A stretch of DNA of 64,000 nt from a virus, in IMG/VR virus record IMGVR_UViG_3300005613_000006, positions 64,001 through 128,000 of that record. One strand, 5' to 3'. The notes beneath the pieces are model-generated. The model was given only the letters and a program-made list of their open reading frames with translations. It had not been told where the DNA came from and searched no databases. The first letter of the stretch is position 1, and each line of letters starts with the position of its first letter. A program made the translations under genes and the position numbers. Of this stretch, positions 27,821 to 37,598 are shown one piece after another.

Positions 27821-29300
27821 TGTCATCATCCTTTGGTGGTTCAAACGGAACGTCTTGGGAGTCGTCTACTGCTCTCTGTTGAGCTAATCGTTTCAAGTTG
27901 CTGCGTGTGTCTCCCTCGTATACCTTCCCGAATTTCCCCTCAAAGAAAATGTTGATGTAGTCCCCACGTTGCATTCCTCCTCCATGTCGGGCTTTAACCA
28001 CAACCATCTTGCGATTGCCGTGGTGTAATCCCATGTCGGCAATCTCTTCATCGCTCTTGCATTTGAAAATGGCACAGTTGGTTACCAACCACAAGAGTCG
28101 GTCGCTGCCAGCAATCACTCCAGAATGTTCACCGTCGATACCATCACGGTTCAGTTGTGTGAATGCTCCAATGGAAATGTCGTGACGTACCGCAAAGTTG
28201 TGCAACGCGGTAATCATAAATCCAAGTTGTTGGTATTCGGCAAGGTTACCGTGTAGCTTCATGCCATCCATCAGTTTCAGATAATCATAGATGATAACGC
28301 ACGGTAGGCGGTTACCGTCTTCGTCAAAACCCACGTTCTTCTTAATCCACCGTCGCATAACGGCAATCGAGTCCTCAAAGCTGCGGCCAGATATATTCAG
28401 GTAGTGATATGGAATGTTTTCCAAGTCCTCCTGTGCTTCTCTGACCTTCTGTCTCTTTGAATCGCTGAAAGAATACTTGCCGGTCTCCACTTCATTGATG
28501 GTAACACGACCACCACTCCCGTAGACCAGATTGGGAATAAGGCGCGCCCAATGGTCTTCATCGGCCATTTCCGTATCCAGTTGTAGGACTGGAATACCCA
28601 GTTTCTTCGCAATGTGCAAAGCGATGTTGTCAGCCACCATCGTTTTGCCCACTCCCATTCGAGCCCCTATAAGGGATACTGTCTTACGTCGCCAACCCCC
28701 ACCAATAGCTGCATCGTACAATGGAAAGCCGGTACTGATGCCAACCATTTCGACCGGATGCGCTTCTATGTGGTCGAGAAAGTCATTCAGACCGTCGCTA
28801 ATTGGGTGTGGGTCTCGACTATCCACGTCCTGCAACAACAGCGTGAAGTCCAGCACGGCGTTCTCCGCAATCCCGATAATCTCTTCGATAGGTTCGCGGC
28901 CACTTATTTCCTCAAGGCTAATGCCAGCCTGTCGAAGTTGTTCGTGCATCAGGCGAGCAACGTGCAACTTGCGAATCTGCCCAGCCCACACCCTTACATT
29001 CTCCACATTGATTACGTTCTCGGCAAACAGGCCACGCAAGTGACGCTGTTCCTCTGGTTTCTCGAATAGGCTTGTGTATCCCAGATGCTCCGCTGCCGAT
29101 ATGACAGACGCAGCATCTATCGTTGACAAGTTCTTCTCTTCGTATAGGTATTTGAAACAGTTGTACAACGCCTGATTGGTTGTATCTGTAAACGTGTCTG
29201 CCTGTAGGAAATCAGCCACGTCTAAATAAGCATCTTCACCACAGTGGAAAAGACCGCTGAGTACAGCGAATTCCGACTTCAAATCCGTCAACCTATTCAT
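27774..29300 (-). CDS. dnaB: replicative DNA helicase (DnaB-like)
   Basis: GARMGVGKT, IIYDYLKL, TQLNR, VKARHG. Confidence 0.92.
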   Translation of the reverse strand: MNRLTDLKSEFAVLSGLFHCGEDAYLDVADFLQADTFTDTTNQALYNCFKYLYEEKNLSTIDAASVISAAEHLGYTSLFEKPEEQRHLRGLFAENVINVENVRVWAGQIRKLHVARLMHEQLRQAGISLEEISGREPIEEIIGIAENAVLDFTLLLQDVDSRDPHPISDGLNDFLDHIEAHPVEMVGISTGFPLYDAAIGGGWRRKTVSLIGARMGVGKTMVADNIALHIAKKLGIPVLQLDTEMADEDHWARLIPNLVYGSGGRVTINEVETGKYSFSDSKRQKVREAQEDLENIPYHYLNISGRSFEDSIAVMRRWIKKNVGFDEDGNRLPCVIIYDYLKLMDGMKLHGNLAEYQQLGFMITALHNFAVRHDISIGAFTQLNRDGIDGEHSGVIAGSDRLLWLVTNCAIFKCKSDEEIADMGLHHGNRKMVVVKARHGGGMQRGDYINIFFEGKFGKVYEGDTRSNLKRLAQQRAVDDSQDVPFEPPKDDDNETPPGEVQGLPEAE

Positions 29301-29303
29301 CCA

Positions 29304-30062
29304 CTAATCCCTTCCAGCTTTGCCACCCTTCGCGCAACAATCGTTACACTTATACCTGTTGTACTCAGGATTGCGGTTGTATCCTGTTGCCAATGAGGCG
29401 GCGATTTTCTCTTTCTTTCCACACCCTTTACAGGTTACACTAACTTTCTTGCTGGTGTCGGGCGCTTCGCTATCGCTGCTACGGCCCGTTGCCACCTGGA
29501 CGCCTAGTGGTTTACCCTTCTCGTCGTGAGTATGTTTTGTCACGTCTTGACGAGAGAACGCACGGCGGTCGTCCTTAAATTTGTTCTTCCGCTTCCCTTG
29601 CTTGGGCTTGCGGAACGGCTCTCGTTTGCACTTCTCTCCTAGTTCTTCATTGCTTCCCTTGAGTGCATCGTTGGTGCCATCGCCCTTGGTCCTAACAACA
29701 CAATCCGCAAACTCTTCGGGAATCTCTTCTTCCTCTACTTCGTTCCCTGGTTCCAAGTCCTCTTCATCATATTCAATGTCGTGTATCAGTTGAATACCGT
29801 GTGCCGCATTAGACCCTTCTTCCTCTTCCTCTTCTTCTTCCGGCTGTCGCAACTCGGGCGGTAGCTGCATTCCTGGCAATCCATCGGCGGCAACAGGCGT
29901 CGGCTGGATTGGTAACTCAATGTCTATATCCATGTCGGCCAACAACTGCGCCTCTGTCTTCGGTGGCGACAGTGGCTTTCCTGTAATCGCCGTATACACC
30001 TTGCAGACTGCCTCCCAGTCCTGCTGTTCTACAGCTATCTTTAACACATCTGGTAGTTTCAT
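29304..30062 (-). CDS. hypothetical protein, acidic tract and C-terminal Zn ribbon
   Basis: Poly-E; CKGC...CNDC. Confidence 0.7.
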   Translation of the reverse strand: MKLPDVLKIAVEQQDWEAVCKVYTAITGKPLSPPKTEAQLLADMDIDIELPIQPTPVAADGLPGMQLPPELRQPEEEEEEEEGSNAAHGIQLIHDIEYDEEDLEPGNEVEEEEIPEEFADCVVRTKGDGTNDALKGSNEELGEKCKREPFRKPKQGKRKNKFKDDRRAFSRQDVTKHTHDEKGKPLGVQVATGRSSDSEAPDTSKKVSVTCKGCGKKEKIAASLATGYNRNPEYNRYKCNDCCAKGGKAGRD

Positions 30063-30568
30063 GTTCTCGCTCCCTTCGCTCTCTGCAACGCTATGAATGA
30101 TTCGGACAACGAACGTAGCTGCTGTGGGACAAACGACAAAAGGTCAAGCCGTAGTCGCGTGTCCATTAGTGCTTGTTGAAACTTCATCGCTACGTCGTCG
30201 CCCTTGATTGCTGCTGCTCTCTTGTGTTCTTTGGACATAAACTGACTGTACTGTTCTACGGTGCTTGCAACACAAAAGTCAATGGATTCCTTGCACCAGT
30301 TGAGCCGGGCGGTCAGTCTGCCAATTTCTAATTGTATGTGGAGAGCGGATTGGTTGAGGATGGCCGAGGCTTCCCCGCACTCTTCTTGGTTTAGCTTACG
30401 TATTTGGGCAGGCGTCATGTTAATGAAGCGCTCTACCTCGTTCTGAACCGAAGGGTATCCCAACCCAACTTTTCGATGGTACTCGGTGAAAATTTCATCA
30501 AGCTCCTTCAACCTCTGTTCCACCTTCGACCGATTCTTCTCCCTCGATTCGTCGCTGCCACTCATCAT
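30059..30568 (-). CDS. helical protein, possible recombination mediator
   Basis: All-alpha pattern; between RecA and helicase. Confidence 0.55.
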   Translation of the reverse strand: MMSGSDESREKNRSKVEQRLKELDEIFTEYHRKVGLGYPSVQNEVERFINMTPAQIRKLNQEECGEASAILNQSALHIQLEIGRLTARLNWCKESIDFCVASTVEQYSQFMSKEHKRAAAIKGDDVAMKFQQALMDTRLRLDLLSFVPQQLRSLSESFIALQRAKGART

Positions 30569-30935
30569 CGTCCTCCGTATATGGAAGGTGTACTATCTCT
30601 ATGTTGTTGGCCTCGCACCACGCCACTTTGCGGCGGTCATTGGCCTGGGCTCGCTTGAATTCAGCTATGGTGTGATGGAAGTGGGCAACAAACTCAGTGT
30701 GTTGTCTTCCCTGTACTTCAATCACCAATTCTCTCAGCGGTAGATAGAAGTCTATCGTCAGGTTCTCACTTGGCAGCGGAACCTCTTCCAAGATTCGCTG
30801 TGTCGGATACAGGCTTCGCAGCAACTCGCGGCATCGCAAGTGCAACTCTGAACGAGGCCGCTTGTCGTTGAAGTCCACCTGATGGCCAGATGGTGGCCAG
30901 TTGTGGGTGTAGCCGTTCTTATCAGTTACTTTCAC
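30498..30935 (-). CDS. small PD-(D/E)XK (DUF559-like) endonuclease
   Basis: IDFYLPLRELVIEVQGRQH. Confidence 0.75.
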   Translation of the reverse strand: MKVTDKNGYTHNWPPSGHQVDFNDKRPRSELHLRCRELLRSLYPTQRILEEVPLPSENLTIDFYLPLRELVIEVQGRQHTEFVAHFHHTIAEFKRAQANDRRKVAWCEANNIEIVHLPYTEDDDEWQRRIEGEESVEGGTEVEGA

Positions 30936-31321
30936 TGTATCACCTTCACAAAGACTTTCAACCCTTCTTTCTTGGCAAAGTTAATCATGGCCTTGGTGCC
31001 TTTCGACTTCCCGTCCCAAACTGCTACGAGTGCGTCAGCGTGTTTCTCCATCTTCCAGTTGCGTTGCATACCGGCCTTGGCATTGTAGGCACCATAACTG
31101 TTGTACTTGACTAGAGCGCCGGGAACACTAATGTCTTCCCAATCGGCAGGAAACTCTGCAACCGAAACTCCAATCTCTGCGGCATAATCTTCACCCAGAC
31201 TATCCACCCCCCTGGCTTTGCCAGACACAACCTCGGTGAACTCAAACTGTGACTCCACACACGCGGCCTTGACCACTTCGTAGTCCGTAATCCCACGGCT
31301 ACCAGCGATAATCACTTTCAT
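30932..31321 (-). CDS. SLOG/YspA-like (DUF2493) protein
   Basis: MKVIIAGSR, VSGKARGVD, AGMQRN, WDGKSKGT. Confidence 0.85.
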   Translation of the reverse strand: MKVIIAGSRGITDYEVVKAACVESQFEFTEVVSGKARGVDSLGEDYAAEIGVSVAEFPADWEDISVPGALVKYNSYGAYNAKAGMQRNWKMEKHADALVAVWDGKSKGTKAMINFAKKEGLKVFVKVIQ

Positions 31322-31323
31322 GG

Positions 31324-33420
31324 CTACGCCCCCATCATCTGATGCAAAGCATCTTCTAAGTGTTTGAACTCTTCGGGATTCTCACGAAGCCGGTTGGTCA
31401 GGTTCTCTTTGCCCTGTACCTGATAGGGCCTCAGACTATCCTTGTCCTCAAAATCTAGGTCCAAAACGTCTGCCATGAAGTTCAACCTGAACCATGCGCC
31501 ACGTTGTTCGATGAATCCAAAGTCAATTCCAATGTCCACAATCTCCTGCAATTCGTCAATACCAATTCCATACCGGATAATCGACGTGGTTTTCTGCCCA
31601 GGAGCAGCGTTCAAAGCCGTGGACGTGGTAATCCAGTCTACCGTTTGTCCGATAACCGGCCCTTCTTCTCCACCCTCATGGATGAACTTGAAACTCTTGC
31701 ATTCAAGCCCAACATCACAAGCATACTGAATCTTGCGGCCACCGCTGGCAATCTTCCACTTGCCCATGCCGCTGACGTTGGAAATGAAATGTTGGATTCC
31801 CACAAGGATTATGTCATTGATTGGAATAACATTGCTCAAACGCTTGCAGAACTTGGCCATGAGGATTGCTCCACTTGCCCGGTCCATTTCTCCTAATTCC
31901 AATTCCATTTCCTTGTCGGTTGCCAACTGCGAAATCGAATCAATGACAATCACAGCACCAGGGACATTGTGTATGGTATGTTCTGCCGCCGTAAGGAACT
32001 CTCTAGCAGTAAGGATGCGAGTCTTGCCATTCTCGTCCTTGTAGGACCGCACGATGTTTAGTTTATCCAGGTCGAGACCCTTAATACCCCTCAAGTCCCG
32101 CGTCTTTATTCTTCCTTCTACATTCAAAAAGTAGGTAGGTCTGCCTACTGCTTGTGCCTTTGCCAATATGTGTAGGGAGGTAACCGTGTTGTGTGTAATT
32201 ACATGATTATCAGTTATGTATAGATGGTCTGGATGGTCAACTTGAATACATACTGCCTTTTTTTTGCCCAGATATGTAACCTTTACTATTTTGCGAGTAA
32301 TATCACTTTTTTTTCTGCGTTTGCATCGTTTTAATTTTTCAGGATGACGAAATAAAACACTAGTATCATTGATTCTAATGTGGCATCTATAAGACTGAAA
32401 TTGTTTTCCGTTACAAGTAGTGTGACGAAGCACAATCTTACATAATCCTCCTATAGATTGTATAAGCTGCTTGAAATCATTGGCCAAGTTTTCTGATGCA
32501 GTTGTTAGAGAACAGTGACCTCTCTTACTTATTGTGCCATCTGTATCCATCAATCCCTGTATAAGTGCCACTCTTACATTATATGAATTGTATAGATACG
32601 ATTTTGGAATAAACTTCTTATGAGAATTACAGCCCAACAATGCTAATCCGTCTAACTTATCTGCATAAATGTTGCGTTGTCCATTACAACGTAAATCATA
32701 ATCTTTTACTGAATTAGCCTGTAGTTTGAGGAAGAATCCTGGCTCCAATTCAGCTTCAAAGTTTTTCAGCACTGCGTTATTGGTATTGGTAAAAGTGATG
32801 TTTCTTCTGGTTATTCCGCCATCACCCAATAGTAGTCCTAACAAATATGGAGATATTGGAATGTGTTGCGAGTGATAACATGTATAATCTGGTAACGGTA
32901 CTTGCCACTTGGGTCTATCGCTGTAAAACAAATCATCCATGAAATCTGACAGTTGCAGGACTTCATATTCATGTCGTTGTTGTGCCTTAACCTTCCACAA
33001 GTGTTCGTTACATGACCGCACCACATCGCCATTATCAAACTCAATTTCATATATTGGTTTGACTCCCTGTGGAAAAATCCTTGTCACTTGCGCGCTGCTA
33101 CTATCTGGTGTGCATACTACATCACCGGCTTTAATATCCCCAATGCGTTTAGGCCCATTGGGTGTATGGATAATAGAATCTATGTCTTGGCATTTACCAC
33201 ACTTGGGGTCTCCCGCAATCGTTACTACGCTGCCGCCTGGAATACCTCCCCCAAGCACCAAGTCTAGTTTAGGGCTAACGTGTACGAGGTCGTGCTGTGC
33301 ATCTTCCAGTTGTGCCCCGGTGATAAACGCCCCTGCTCCCAACTTCTTGATTAAGTCCTGACTAGTTTGTGGTCTCTTTGGTTTCTCTTTGCTCTCTTGT
33401 TTCTTCTTGGCCATGTTCAA
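31324..33420 (-). CDS. recA: RecA/UvsX recombinase containing an intein
   Basis: LDLVLGGGIPGG, P-loop GDPKCGK|T, VIDSI, SGGRKI, RGAWF. Confidence 0.9.
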   Translation of the reverse strand: MNMAKKKQESKEKPKRPQTSQDLIKKLGAGAFITGAQLEDAQHDLVHVSPKLDLVLGGGIPGGSVVTIAGDPKCGKCQDIDSIIHTPNGPKRIGDIKAGDVVCTPDSSSAQVTRIFPQGVKPIYEIEFDNGDVVRSCNEHLWKVKAQQRHEYEVLQLSDFMDDLFYSDRPKWQVPLPDYTCYHSQHIPISPYLLGLLLGDGGITRRNITFTNTNNAVLKNFEAELEPGFFLKLQANSVKDYDLRCNGQRNIYADKLDGLALLGCNSHKKFIPKSYLYNSYNVRVALIQGLMDTDGTISKRGHCSLTTASENLANDFKQLIQSIGGLCKIVLRHTTCNGKQFQSYRCHIRINDTSVLFRHPEKLKRCKRRKKSDITRKIVKVTYLGKKKAVCIQVDHPDHLYITDNHVITHNTVTSLHILAKAQAVGRPTYFLNVEGRIKTRDLRGIKGLDLDKLNIVRSYKDENGKTRILTAREFLTAAEHTIHNVPGAVIVIDSISQLATDKEMELELGEMDRASGAILMAKFCKRLSNVIPINDIILVGIQHFISNVSGMGKWKIASGGRKIQYACDVGLECKSFKFIHEGGEEGPVIGQTVDWITTSTALNAAPGQKTTSIIRYGIGIDELQEIVDIGIDFGFIEQRGAWFRLNFMADVLDLDFEDKDSLRPYQVQGKENLTNRLRENPEEFKHLEDALHQMMGA
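32188..33192 (-). mobile_element. intein with LAGLIDADG endonuclease (335 aa)
   Basis: Starts CQDIDS, ends ITHN before Thr; LLGLLLGDG and IQGLMDTDG; AT-rich. Confidence 0.92.
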
Positions 33421-33877
33421 TCTCTCTCAATTTACCAAATAGTGATTGACCGCGCGGCTTTGAAGGTTTACGCGGTTCTGATGTTGTTGAAACTGTCTCC
33501 ACAGCTTCCGCCAAAGCCTGTTTGTTTAGGGCGTCTATCTCCTTCTTCTTACGTTGTATAACTGGTTCGATGATGAACGTCGCACGGAACGACCGCATAC
33601 GTTTGCAACGCTTGTCCTTGAGTGCCGCGACCACGGCTTCCGCCCCATACTTGTTGATGAGAGCATTGACCGGCTTCGATTGCTGCGAGAAGAATCGAGC
33701 CCACTTCTTGTCGGCCTTCCAAAACTCGGGAGGAAGGGTCTGCTTGTTTTGGTGTGCGATAAGGGCGCAGAGTTGTTCTATGCAGTATTGTGCTGCTGTG
33801 ATATAGCGTGGACTACCATCGTCATTCGTGCCATACTGTGAGGGCCACCTACTTTTTTCAGTTTGATTTTTGCCCAT
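33362..33877 (-). CDS. hypothetical protein
   Basis: ORF tiling. Confidence 0.7.
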   Translation of the reverse strand: MGKNQTEKSRWPSQYGTNDDGSPRYITAAQYCIEQLCALIAHQNKQTLPPEFWKADKKWARFFSQQSKPVNALINKYGAEAVVAALKDKRCKRMRSFRATFIIEPVIQRKKKEIDALNKQALAEAVETVSTTSEPRKPSKPRGQSLFGKLREIEHGQEETREQRETKETTN

Positions 33878-34004
33878 AGTGTTCTACTACTTTGCAACAC
33901 CAATCTAAGAAATTATCCTGATGTAGGTCTGACTTCATTGCGTTAATGTCTTTATGTACCCATTGTACATTGCCAGAAACATATCCTTGTGTGTTGTCTA
34001 TTCT
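33858..34004 (-). pseudogene. 3' remnant of an SLDRID-type endonuclease
   Basis: Own translation RIDNTQGYVSGNVQWVHKDINAMKSDL...; no start codon. Confidence 0.8.
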
Positions 34005-34260
34005 AGAATGGAAAATAGCTGTGTCCAACCGTAAGATAACTGGTAATTTGTCGGGGATATATCAAGGGCTCGCCCTTGCCGGTCAACAGCATCGTGCTGA
34101 CCCCACCATCCCTAGCAAACCGACAACCAATCTCAAAGTTGCGCCAGTTTATCTCTGGCGAAGCGGGCGCGTTCTGCGCCGTCATTTTGGATACACAAAA
34201 AGGGCAGGCTGCATCACAAGCAGCCGTGCCCACAACAACGCTGAACGTCCCAATTTTCAT
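34003..34260 (-). pseudogene. truncated radical SAM gene
   Basis: CDAACPFC motif, LLTGKGEP; stops after about 85 aa. Confidence 0.8.
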
Positions 34261-34469
34261 GGTGTTACGCACTCCGTAACTAGATTCAACCGATTGATTG
34301 CTCCACAGGCTGGACAAACAATAGTAGGATGGTCTACCACTGGAATTCTTTTCTTGAACACATGCGGGCAGTTGCCACACCAGATAGTTAGTTTGGGGCC
34401 ACAGAACATATTTAGGGTCCAACTCATGCTCATGCCCTCAAAACGTCGTGGCTCAACTACTGTTGGCAT
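34257..34469 (-). CDS. small Zn-ribbon protein
   Basis: CGNC...CPAC. Confidence 0.7.
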   Translation of the reverse strand: MPTVVEPRRFEGMSMSWTLNMFCGPKLTIWCGNCPHVFKKRIPVVDHPTIVCPACGAINRLNLVTECVTP

Positions 34470-34768
34470 TAGTCTTCCTCTTCTACAACTGCGATAATCG
34501 CGGTAAACATGACAAGGTGTACGTCCTCGCCATCAATGTGCAACTTCGTTGTTGAGTAGGGCTGGAAGATAACCACGTCGCCTTTCTTGACTGGAATTAC
34601 GTAGTGTTCGGGATGAGGGTGGCCGTGTTTCAGCCCAGGCCCCACTTCCAAAACTCTTCCCTTCTTCAACTTATCCGCCACCTTATCCGGCAGATAGATT
34701 CCACCCTTGCTCTTTACCTCTTTGATGGGCTCGATTACGACCCACTCTCCTATTGGATTCAGTTTTAT
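34469..34768 (-). CDS. groES: co-chaperonin GroES, apparent ATA start
   Basis: In-frame extension IKLNPIGEWVVIEP...SKGGIYLPD, GRVLEVGPG, VKKGDVV. Confidence 0.85.
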   Translation of the reverse strand: MKLNPIGEWVVIEPIKEVKSKGGIYLPDKVADKLKKGRVLEVGPGLKHGHPHPEHYVIPVKKGDVVIFQPYSTTKLHIDGEDVHLVMFTAIIAVVEEED

Positions 34769-35442
34769 TACTCTATCTCTCCTATGTTATCAAAAACAAC
34801 TGGAATGAGAAGCCGCATTTCCTTGAGCAGCGGTTTCATTACCTCTCGAATCTGCGGGTGGGCGGCGTGTGCTGTGCGTAGGTTGAATACGTGCCGCCAC
34901 TCCCGCAAGTTGTATGTCGCCACGATTTCAGTCTTGAGACTGTTGGGTAAGACGCTACGAGCCTCTTGTGCTGCCCACTTGAAATGTTTGCGAAGGGTAT
35001 GATACCAATGCTCAGCATCTAGCATTGCGATTATCCAAGCTGCGCCTGGGGTATTGGCATCGGCGTGAACACCCCCGCCCTCATAGGTTCCTGGGGCTAT
35101 ATCCAGCCACAGCGGCTTGATGAACTTGATATGCTCACCACCGTAGTCACAATAGCGGGTAGACTCCTGTGAGTACGCTGCCAACCTGTGTCGCACAAGT
35201 TCGTGACTTATGCCTCGGTCAATAACAAAGCGAACGCTCACACTCTCATGCTCAAGAACACTATGGTGTCCTCGCGCAATAATCTTCCGCACAAATTCAC
35301 GGGCGGAATCGTTGGTGATTGCTGCCTCACTCTTGTAACAGGTACGACCGGCTGCTTCAATGCGTTTGAGCATGTCCACGCCGGTCATTCCCTGCTTATG
35401 CAACGGAGTCAGAATCTCACAGCTAGGTAGTACGACTTCCAT
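34768..35442 (-). CDS. thyX: flavin-dependent thymidylate synthase
   Basis: GHHSVLEH, HELVRHRLAAYSQESTRY, EARSVLP. Confidence 0.95.
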   Translation of the reverse strand: MEVVLPSCEILTPLHKQGMTGVDMLKRIEAAGRTCYKSEAAITNDSAREFVRKIIARGHHSVLEHESVSVRFVIDRGISHELVRHRLAAYSQESTRYCDYGGEHIKFIKPLWLDIAPGTYEGGGVHADANTPGAAWIIAMLDAEHWYHTLRKHFKWAAQEARSVLPNSLKTEIVATYNLREWRHVFNLRTAHAAHPQIREVMKPLLKEMRLLIPVVFDNIGEIE

Positions 35443-35638
35443 GCTTTGCCTTCCACTTCTTATCTAGGGCTGCTAGTTTAGCGTCAAGGTCTGCCTTAGC
35501 CCGTTTCTTTTCGTTCCATTGGTGCCCACAAGTTAGACAATAGTAGTCGTTAAGGCGTCGAATGTCACCCCGACGATGGGTGCGCCTTTTATTACAGCGA
35601 GGACACCTGGGATGAAATCTAGGAGTAGGTGGCATCAT
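35423..35638 (-). CDS. small Zn-finger protein
   Basis: CPRC...CLTC. Confidence 0.6.
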   Translation of the reverse strand: MMPPTPRFHPRCPRCNKRRTHRRGDIRRLNDYYCLTCGHQWNEKKRAKADLDAKLAALDKKWKAKHGSRTT

Positions 35639-37533
35639 TAGTAGATTCCCTTCGGCTTCGCCGTTTCCTTCGCATTGTCCCACAGCATTCTCGGGCCAAT
35701 CACGAAGTCGTTAACACGTTCCTTCTCCCACTGGAAGAGACTACGAATATCGTCGGTTTCATCGTCATAAAGTAGGAACCAGGGCTGGGCTACCGCAGCA
35801 TCGCCATCGCGGGCAGCGACCGCCAGTGAACCAGCGGGACCAAACGACAATATGCCTTGGTTGTACAGGCTTTTGCCGGGTGGCAGTCGTAGTTTACGCT
35901 GCAACTCTTCACCCTCCAACACGTAGATTTGGTTGGGTGTCTGGGTTGCTGCCCACTTCAAGCTGGCTGGGTCTGCGGCCACGCCGCCCACACCAGGAAG
36001 GACACGGCTTTCGCCACGAAAGATGCCGGTGTCGTCGCCCCAGACTCCATGCTTGTCACTGGTTACAGCAACCGACATGTTCTGGGCCGTCCACTTCTGT
36101 CCTTCAAACCGTTCGTAAACCTTTGGCTTGATTCCGCCTATGGATGTAGCGACGATAACATCACCGATATTATCAGCCACCAATATGCTGTCACTGCCAC
36201 CGCCAATACCAACGTCAACCGGATGTACCAGCGTAGTTTGCTTTTCCAAGAGGACATTTTGTTTACCTGCCTCGTTTATGCGGATTATTTTCCCGCCGTT
36301 ACGGGGCAAGGCAACTACGAGTCCGTTGTCACGGTGCAACGCAATGCCGGTGGGCGCACTTGATACGCTAATCCACCCCAAAATCCTACCATGTTCATTC
36401 ACTTGGTAGACCTTGCCGGTCTCACCACTATCGCTGTCGCCAGTCGCAACGTACAAGACAAACGCTGGCGTTTGCTCTTTGTTGCCGGGTGGCTGTGCGC
36501 CAAGCTGGGGCTGCGTACCAGGGCCAGGAGTAGGTCCAATGCCTAAACCGTTGGGGCCAGGGCCGGTAGCTGGAGTTCCAGGGCCACCAGGACCGGGACC
36601 GCCTGGACCTGGGGCAGCGCCTTTCGCGGCGGGACCATCGACTGGTGCGCCGGGAGTATTACCTTCGCCAGGGGGAGGACCAGGGCCAGCACCAGGACCG
36701 AGACCTAGCACATCGCCAGGAGGGCCTTCTTCTGGAGCCGTTGGCCCTGATTCCTCGCCCTTGCCAGGACCGGGGGCAGACCCGATTGCCTTACCCCCGG
36801 CCTCGGCCTTCTCACCATCACCGCACTCACACCCTTCACCGACAGAGGCATCAGGACCGGGACTTGAAGAACCTTCAATGACGATATGTCTGCCCGGCCC
36901 CAATACCTTTGTTCCATCTGGACGTGTCACAGTTGTGGGTGTCCCATTACGAAGGACGATTGTATGGTTGTCTTTTTGAATGACAGTCGTAGTACCATCG
37001 CGTAGAATGATTCCACTGCCATCGGTTCCTCTGGGTATGATAGTGGTGTCTTCTTGTTCACTATATGTGTGAATCAATCGCTTTGGAATGACAGTTACAT
37101 CATTCGGCTTGACATACCTGTTCCACTTAACTGAATTTGGTTCATTCAGTATGTATCGCTTCGTTTTCATGTCTAGGCTTAACGGATAGACATATTGTGA
37201 ATACCCATCTTCCCAGATAGCCCCAGACACAGGCTTGAAGAGTGGTCTACGATGCCCGTCACCATCTAAGTAGAGGCCAGCGAAACGCTGACGCACGATG
37301 GCATCCCAATCGCCCTCAAAGATGAGCATATCGCCCTTGTATCCGTACAGACTACCAACTTTTTCACCCCTCACATTGGTGATTTTGAAGTTGTAGGCTT
37401 TCTGGGGGGTCTTGGTGACGTGAATTGTAAGTTGCTTACCCATTTGGGTGACGCGGGCCACGTCCCAATCCGCCGCCAACGCGGCAGATACCAACAAAAG
37501 GACCGCGATTGCGGCCAAAAGTGCCTTTTTCAT
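35638..37533 (-). CDS. secreted protein: signal peptide, Gly/Pro-rich linker, C-terminal beta-propeller-like domain
   Basis: MKKALLAAIAVLLLVSAALA; GPG repeats; PTGIAL/PVDVGI blade-like repeats. Confidence 0.75.
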   Translation of the reverse strand: MKKALLAAIAVLLLVSAALAADWDVARVTQMGKQLTIHVTKTPQKAYNFKITNVRGEKVGSLYGYKGDMLIFEGDWDAIVRQRFAGLYLDGDGHRRPLFKPVSGAIWEDGYSQYVYPLSLDMKTKRYILNEPNSVKWNRYVKPNDVTVIPKRLIHTYSEQEDTTIIPRGTDGSGIILRDGTTTVIQKDNHTIVLRNGTPTTVTRPDGTKVLGPGRHIVIEGSSSPGPDASVGEGCECGDGEKAEAGGKAIGSAPGPGKGEESGPTAPEEGPPGDVLGLGPGAGPGPPPGEGNTPGAPVDGPAAKGAAPGPGGPGPGGPGTPATGPGPNGLGIGPTPGPGTQPQLGAQPPGNKEQTPAFVLYVATGDSDSGETGKVYQVNEHGRILGWISVSSAPTGIALHRDNGLVVALPRNGGKIIRINEAGKQNVLLEKQTTLVHPVDVGIGGGSDSILVADNIGDVIVATSIGGIKPKVYERFEGQKWTAQNMSVAVTSDKHGVWGDDTGIFRGESRVLPGVGGVAADPASLKWAATQTPNQIYVLEGEELQRKLRLPPGKSLYNQGILSFGPAGSLAVAARDGDAAVAQPWFLLYDDETDDIRSLFQWEKERVNDFVIGPRMLWDNAKETAKPKGIY

Positions 37534-37570
37534 GGTATTTCCTCGGCTAGGTATGTGTAAACGCTACTGT

Positions 37571-37598
37571 AATATAGCGTGTCGGCGGGGTTTGTCAA
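37571..37598 (-). promoter_or_regulatory. sigma-70-like promoter TTGACA-N16-TATATT
   Basis: Upstream of 37533 start. Confidence 0.6.

Noticed and set aside
36480-36870. DNA repeat array or true collagen domain
   Set aside because: Protein-level low complexity; Gly is not in a sustained G-X-Y register and there is no fixed DNA unit.
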